Below are positions 57,170 to 64,000 of a stretch of DNA of 64,000 nucleotides, in pieces. Location: contig CDMY01000333.1 of the NCBI GenBank assembly GCA_001179505.1, positions 1 to 64,000 on the forward strand, given 5' to 3'. The position numbers were made by a program, and so were the translations under genes. Numbering within the stretch: the first letter of the stretch is position 1; every line of letters starts with the position of its first letter. The notes beneath the pieces are model-generated. The model was not told where the DNA came from. It saw only the letters and a list, made by a program, of their open reading frames with translations, and did not search any database. Source of the stretch: Vitrella brassicaformis CCMP3155 (lineage: Eukaryota > Protista > Chromerida).

Positions 57170-57460
57170 TCTACCTGAACAGACGATGGGGAATGCATGG
57201 AATTATGGTCCTTCTTCGTTTCTCCGGTCATTTGCCCTTCCTTACCCTTTCAAGTGGGTCCGCAGAGAGGCCGCTACGTGAACATCACACAACCGACTCG
57301 TCTGTTTACACGGCAACTGCGAGCTCAGAAAGGTTGAGCTGAGGAATGTCATGGAATGTCATGCATGTCGAGGCAAGGGCGCGTGCACTTCAGCTACAGC
57401 CGCAAACCAGGCAACGATCCCCGTGATCTGCCAGTGATCTGCCGCTCGTAAGGCGCTGAC

Positions 57461-60400
57461 ATGCTGTCATTGTGGTCCCTTCAGCGAGTGGTGAGGCTCA
57501 AGACATCCGCACAAGACACCCGCCGCCCAGACGCCAGCATCCACCTCGTCGCACGGCGATGCTGCCCCGCCTATGAGCTGCTCGCCGTCGGCCTCAGCAC
57601 GCCCCACGTGCTCATCCGGTTCTGCTCAGGCGGCAGCAGAGATGCCCTGCTGGTCACTATCGGCCTCCCCGACGACGGACCTCTGTCAGCCATGGACCTC
57701 TCGCCCGACGGCCAGATCCTCGTCGGCGCCACGGTGTCGCGCCAGGTGGTGGTCATTCCCGTCATGCAGCACGTGAGGCACCACCTGGCCTCCCACCCTG
57801 CAGCGTCGAGGGCGTCTGCTGGCGGGATCGCGGGGCTGCTCTCGTCGTTCACACTCGTGAGGTGGGTGGACAACGGCCTTCCCACGACGGCAGAGATCCG
57901 CACCATCGGCGTCCCCTCCCTCACTGCCGATCCCACGGGCGTGTCCTATGCCGTCTGGTGGGCGGCCGACGTGCAGCGCGGCGACAGACAGAGGCGGAAG
58001 AGCTCTATTGGTGTCGGTGGCGGCGAGGGGCGTGCCGATTACGTGTTTCTGAGCACCTTTGCTGGTCGGCTGGTGTGCTTCCATCTGGGGACGATAAGCG
58101 AGGTGTTTCAGCTGCAGATCCCCACCAACGCGAGCATCGTGTCGATGGAGCTCTGTGAGACGGCTGAGGCCTCCTGGCTGCTGCTCGAGACAGTGAGGGA
58201 GCCCAGAATGTGGCGCCTGCCGCTGAGGGTGCCGGGCGGCGGGGAAGGCACAGACGGGGCGCAGTGGATTGTGGAGGGCGACAAGAGGAGGGCCGGCATG
58301 CCGCCGTTCGAGTGGGAGGCTGTCAACGTCGCTGCGCAGCAAAAACTTCGCGTGCAGGTGCGCCAGCCTCAAAGGGTAACAAGAGATCAGCAGTCACGCA
58401 TTTGCTGTGTGTTTGTCGCAGCACCGGCGGCAGGGCGGCAGTGGTGGATCTCCCTCCAGCAGCGAGGCACCTGCCCCCTCCTCCCAGCAGTGTGTGATCG
58501 GCTGTCTGCAGCCCTCGTCCAATGAGATCATCCTCTCGCCCCCGTCCATGCCCGACTGCCCTTTCGCCAAGATACCCCTCCCACCCCCACCTGAAGATGC
58601 GCAGGCGGGCGTGGCTGCTTCTGGTGCTGGTCGTGGCGGTGTGGAGGGCGGCGTGAGTGTGCAGCTGTACGATGCCGTCATTCTGCGTGGCGGGTGTGTG
58701 CTCACCCTCGCCAACGTCAAGGGCGGTAGCGACGGACACACCGTCGTCACACTGTGGACGGCGCGCCCCTCGGCACTGGTATGGTATCATGCGTCGAGAT
58801 CCACGCCTGCCTGCCCGTTTGTGTATCTGGTGTTCTGTCTGTTGTGCCTGCCCTGTGTGTGATTCACTCAGTCTGATTCCAGCCCCCAGTGGCACAACGC
58901 GCGCATCCAGGAGTTCTGTCTGCCGCCGGGGCAGCGGGTGCTCGGCTCCCTGCCGGGCTACGACTACGAGCCAGCCTTCACGGCAGATGACGACAGCACT
59001 GAGGGCCGCGATCGCGAGGGCAGCACGTGGGCCTTCCTGTGGACGGTCGAGTGTGTGTATGTGCTGCGGGGCGCGACGGCCGCCATGTGCAGCCAGCTGG
59101 AAGAAGCCATGTTCCTCGGAGTCGTCATCCAGGTGCGCATGGCATGAAGGCCGAAAATGGGACCACCCTGACGACTGGCTGAGTACGGTTGATTGCACTC
59201 GTGTGTGTGTTTTGTGTTTGTGTGTGCAGAATATTCTTGATGAGGAGTCTGATGGTACTGAGGGGTCGGACACGTCACCCAAGAGCCCACACCCGCCATG
59301 GAACGGCCGCACCTCACCCACGCGAGAACCTGCCGCCGACGCCGGTGGGGGCAGCCCTCTGCTCAACGGCGTCCCGGCAGGCGCCGAGGGGACCGTTTCC
59401 CCATCTGAGCGGGAAAGGTACAAACCAGGAAAGAGGTGCCGGGAGAGAGAGAGAGAGACCCATGGATGTGTGTCTATCGCCTTTCTGTTGTGTTCGGCAG
59501 CCGGCCCAGCCGTGATCGTCGATCGTCCCTGCAGAGGTTCGTTGGTCCTGGATCGCTGCTCGACCTGCAACAAGGTAAGGTACCAAGCGAATGAAGGGAA
59601 CACCTGACACCTGATATATCAGCAACTCTCCCCTCCCCCTCCCTGTCGGTCTGATGCGTGCAGGCCTTCCCTTGCTGTGTTGGGCGCTTGACCTGGACTT
59701 CGATGCCGTCGTCACATCTGGCGGATCGCGGTTCTTCGTGTCCAGCGAAGCGCCAGCCTGGACACCCACCCTGGTCAAGAACCGACTCACCGGACCTAAT
59801 GACGTCAGAAAATTCGCTCTCGAGGTACATACACAATTCTCCCAGCCGGGACCATAACCACAGCACACCACAGCACAGCACAGCATCTGTCTGTGTGCGA
59901 TCGATTAGGTGTGGGGGCTGGTTGGCCAAGTATCGCTCGACACGCTCCACCGGACCCTCTTGGCTGTCCCCTGGGAGCCGTCGGCCGCGCCATTCGCCGC
60001 TCGGCTGCTGCAGCTGCTGACGGACCACTGGGGGGAGCAGTCGGCCATGCAGCCAGCCAGCCACCGGTGGTACCTCAAGAACATCGCATTCCTCCTCGCA
60101 CTGAGGCACATCGAAATGGAGAGGGCGCTCGGACGAGACCACTCTGGCCCCCAAGACAGAGACAGTGAGGGCGATCTCCTTGAGTGGGCGGACGATGTGA
60201 GCCGGAGGGCGATTGGCGGGGCTGTGGGGTCCGACCCCGACCACCCGTTCAAGTGTTCGTATCCGTTGTACACGGAGTGGGTCAAGAGGGAACTCAGGGC
60301 GTGGCGGGCCTCCCAGCAGCATATGGGAGGGGAGCCGGCCGTCCAGCAGCCCTTTCAAGACAAACGGCATGAGGAGGGGGAACTGGATGTTGATGATGTC

Positions 60401-62643
60401 GCCATGCCCCCACCACTGGAGTTGCCGGAGGGTCGTGTCGGCATCGATGTGTCCGGCGAGGAGGCTGCTGAGCCTCGAACAGAGGTGGAGGGTGGTCCTG
60501 CGTCCGCTCCTGCTGCTGCTGAAAGCGCCGAGCTGCGAGACGGAGAGCCGCCCTTAGGCAAGAAAGGTGAGTGAGGAATCGACGATGCACAGACAGATGT
60601 GGCGGGACGGACGGGCACAATGATGGGGTGGACGTTCCTTCAGTTGTTCACTGGCCTGACGATCTCGATCGCACCATGTCGCTGCTCCTGCCCTTCAAAC
60701 TCCAGTAAGTCAGTACATACTTGAGCCACACAAGTCTGTCTCATGAGGCACAAAGAAAGATGCCCTGCCCACTGAGCAGCGTCTGTCTTATTTGATGTGA
60801 TGCAGGGTCCTCTCCCATTGCCGCGGCGGCCGGTCGCACCGGAAGTTTGAGTACACGCCGGCCACGACCGTGCACCTGGTCAGGTGCATCTCCCGCTCAG
60901 TCGCCCAGAGCCTCACCGCCCCCGATGAGAGTCCCCAAGCCTCCCTGGGCCCCCTGTTCTTCGGCCTCTTCTGGGAGCTCCTGACGCACCGCAACCATGA
61001 TGCGGGTGACGATGCATTGCGTGGATATCGCTACGACAGGGACGCCTCTGACGAGCACCGTGTGCTGCCTGACGGGCGGCCACAGCTGATGGAGGCAGTG
61101 GACCTGGCGAGACAGCCGCTGCATCTGGTGCTGCTAGCCGTGGTGACACTGGTCAGCTCTCTCCGGGATATAATGGCGACTCTGATGAAGGCGGAACCTG
61201 ACACCTCCGGCGCCGCTGCCGTCGAGGGCCTGGTCCGTGTCACTTGGGAGGCCCTCTACGCCTTCTTCTGCTGCTGGAAGCTGGCCATCGCCGACACCCC
61301 CTGTGCCCTGCACGTCAAGGGCGTCCGGGCGTCGTCTGAGGGGCAGGAGGGAGCTTCGTCACACTGTATTCACACGTCAGCCCTCGACCTGGTGCATGGA
61401 GTCGCCAGAAGGCCCGACGCTGCATCATCACAGAGGCGGCCGACAGCACTGGTCACTTCCAGCGACCGTGTGGCTGAGGGAGCGGAGAATGAGGGGGCCA
61501 GGCTCGTCAGAGTGGTCCCGAACGCTCTGGAGACCTTCATCGCAAGGCACTGCGACGGGCCACCCTCCCCTCACCAGTCGCCTGCCGATCCGGCTCTCGA
61601 CGCCATGGCCCTCTGCATACCCCATCACATAGACGGCACACATGAGGGTGCTGAAGGCGACGGGCGGCCGTCAGCCTCCCTGGGTCAGTCGTTCGCCGCC
61701 TGCAGCAGCGACAGCCACAGCATGTGGTCCAGCAGCTCTGTCACCGATGAGGAGGAAGACGATCGCCTGAGCGCCCTCGACCATGACGGCGACAACACGG
61801 CCGCCAGTGGGTACGCCACCCCCTCCCATACCCCTGCGGTGCTGAGGCGGATGCGGCGACATCGGCCGATCAAGGGGGGTGCAACGAGTCTCAAGCAGGG
61901 GTTCGGGGTGAGGTTGGAGGCGACGCCTTTGATGGTGCTCTATGGCCTGCAGCACTTCGTCATGAGCAAGTGGCCGGCGGGGGTCGATCAAGCGGCTGTA
62001 GCTGACGGAAGTCCACCCTCGTCGGTTGATGCAGTGGCTGCGGTGGATGTGGGCGACTGGATGGATGCTGTGGGGTCATGCAGCGACAGAGAGGCCCTTC
62101 GGTCCCTCTGGGAAGGGTCGGCTCGGTCGGCGGTGTCTGTCGAGAGGCTTCTCGGCACCCAAGAAGCTGCAGGCAGCGACGGCAGGGCGTGCGAAGGGTG
62201 GGATGTCACATCCAACAGGGTGCGCAGAGCCCCCACACACACTTGCGTAAGAGATCTTTTGTGTGCCTTGCCCGTTCAGGCGGCGTGTGATGAGGGCGTC
62301 CGTGAGCTGTCGCGGGTGTGGCGGTGCGGCCTCGGCGAGTGTGCCGGGTTCAGTGGGGGGATGCTGCTGGCCTGGATGGTAGGTGAAACCACCCACCACC
62401 ACCCACCATCCACAGCTACTGACTATGTGTCTGTGTGAGTGTGTCTTTGTCGGTCAGGCGTGGAGGCATCCGTGGCTGTTCAGCGATCTCCCATGGACGC
62501 CACATTTCCGACTCTACCTCACTCATGTGAGCAGCCGAGCACCCCAAGCCACCCACCAGTCAGAACGCCCCTGACTTCCTGTGTGGCTGGTGGGTTGTGT
62601 TCAGTGGAAGCGGCGTGTGTGTTCGCAATGTCGATGTGACTAG
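57461..62643 (+). CDS. Large protein with a WD40/beta-propeller-like N-terminus, helical body and Cys-containing C-terminus; function unknown
   Basis: Long exon ORFs at 57461.., 59909.. and 60870... Propeller-like LSAMDLSPDGQILVGATVSRQVVVIP and YVFLSTFAGRLVCFHL. The last exon 62605-62643 gives WKRRVCSQCRCD* in phase with the preceding exon. Confidence 0.65.
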
Positions 62644-63599
62644 AGGCGAATGAGGATGTGGCGTGGCTGGCGTGTGGTGGTGTGTGGCCTTCCTTGTCTG
62701 TCTTTATCTATCCGGCTTCCATCGAGTGTGTGTAGCTGAATGTGTTTGTCGTCTTGGTGGTGTGTGTAGATAGTGAGTGGTTGGTACTTACTGAGTGGTG
62801 GGTGACGGTATGTGCATGCTGAGGCGATGCGTCTCTTACCGATAAATGAGGCAACGTCGGCCCTGTATCACAAGTTCTGTGATGCAAGGCCAGCCTTGCC
62901 ACACCGAGCGGTAGGGACGCACGCGCAGCTGACTGACACATATAGGCTTGGAGAGGAGAGCTACCTCGTGTGATTGTGTCACGTCGCTCTTTCGGCTTCA
63001 ATCGATTGGTCTGAGTGAGATGAGTGGGAGGCAGAGGCCAGCACTGACTCCCGGATGGACAGGCAAACAAAGTGCATCCAAGACGCGTTGACGCGTCCTT
63101 GATGCTCTGAGTCTGCCAGTCCATCGGTGAGGATTAGTGGCCCCCTGCCGCTCTGGTAACTAACGGTTGTGATGACTGTCCATTCATTCATCTGGCTGAC
63201 GTGATTTGGTTCACATCACACATGCATCAATCACATCACATCCATTGTCCATCCGTCTCAGCAACACACAGCTGTACTGTACACGCAGAGCAATCGCGTC
63301 AGGCAACACGCTGTGCTCATGTAGGCACCCATTTACAAACATGGTGGAAAATCTCACATGCTCGTCTACACACACACATGCGGTTTTCTGTTCTTCACAC
63401 CACACACGCAGGCAGGGAGACACAGCCGGCACCCTTTCCTTGCACAAACACGCCCAAGTCCATGCGAAAGCCGGTGGCGGACACCGAAGTCCACCCGATC
63501 GACCATGTCGTCTCTGTCGTCGTGCCTGCACCTGCCCTTGCGACGCTTCACAACACTGAACCAAAGCGGCTCTGCCGACCGGTCGGTCGGCTGCTGTCC

Positions 63600-64000
63600 T
63601 CACTGGTCTCTGGGCGCTGACGCGTGTCGTTCGTCAGGGCTCATCAGTGGCTCGGCAGCCTCATCAGCAGCAAGTCCACCATGCCTCATCACCTTGCGCA
63701 CCCGCCGGACCGCCTGCCGCACCTGTGATGTGATCGTGCCGATGTCAAGTGCCACGAGGACAGCACTCGAGACCATCCCGACTGCAGCCACACCAGCCAA
63801 GGTGAAATACATCTGATGGATGAGAGGAATAATTATTCGAGCAGGCAGAGGCAGCTGGGCTGCATGTAACGACGTTGTGCAGGGTGGGTGGGGGGGCCTG
63901 CTGTTCACTCACCTTTCGGATTTTCGCTTCCTGCAAATGGTGTTCCTTGACAGTGAGCAGCACCGCCACGGTGACAACAGTGGCCGGAAAGTGAAACAGC
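63600..64000 (-). CDS. 3' end of an integral membrane protein (gene begins beyond the right edge)
   Basis: Exons LFHFPATVVTVAVLLTVKEHHLQEAKIRK| and MYFTLAGVAAVGMVSSAVLVALDIGTI..SAPRDQ* contain two hydrophobic segments and are joined by a GT-AG intron. Confidence 0.6.

Overview
Intron-rich eukaryotic scaffold. Coding sequence is GC-rich and the short introns carry (CA)n, (GACA)n and (GGAT)n tracts. This style plus an apicomplexan-type atypical MAPK suggests a chromerid alveolate such as Vitrella brassicaformis (inference only). There are three 300-N scaffold gaps. Supported genes in order: GT61/EOGT-like glycosyltransferase (-, runs off left edge), gamma-tubulin complex component 3 (-), LacZ-type GH2 beta-galactosidase with a hydrophobic N-terminal extension (-), ARM-TPR-SET protein with degenerate SAM-binding motifs (+), decayed RING gene (-), atypical MAPK (+), secreted Cys-rich protein (-), second GT61 3' copy (+), HAD-like DWDDT protein (-), alanine aminotransferase (-), double-Kelch-propeller RING protein (+), small hypothetical (-), ornithine aminotransferase pseudogene (-), low-GC secreted modular gene with a frameshifting deletion (-), multi-p25alpha protein (+), coiled-coil protein (-), large propeller-like protein (+), and a membrane protein 3' end (-). 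The most notable structures are (i) paired duplications around the 29.7-30.0 kb gap that fit a ~30 kb inversion with both junctions captured, and (ii) a gene missed by the ORF track, built from a repeated three-exon module with conserved intron phases. I saw no rRNA, tRNA, CRISPR array or clear transposase. Exon boundaries were read by eye and are approximate. No database search was possible, so I cannot establish that any of this is truly novel.
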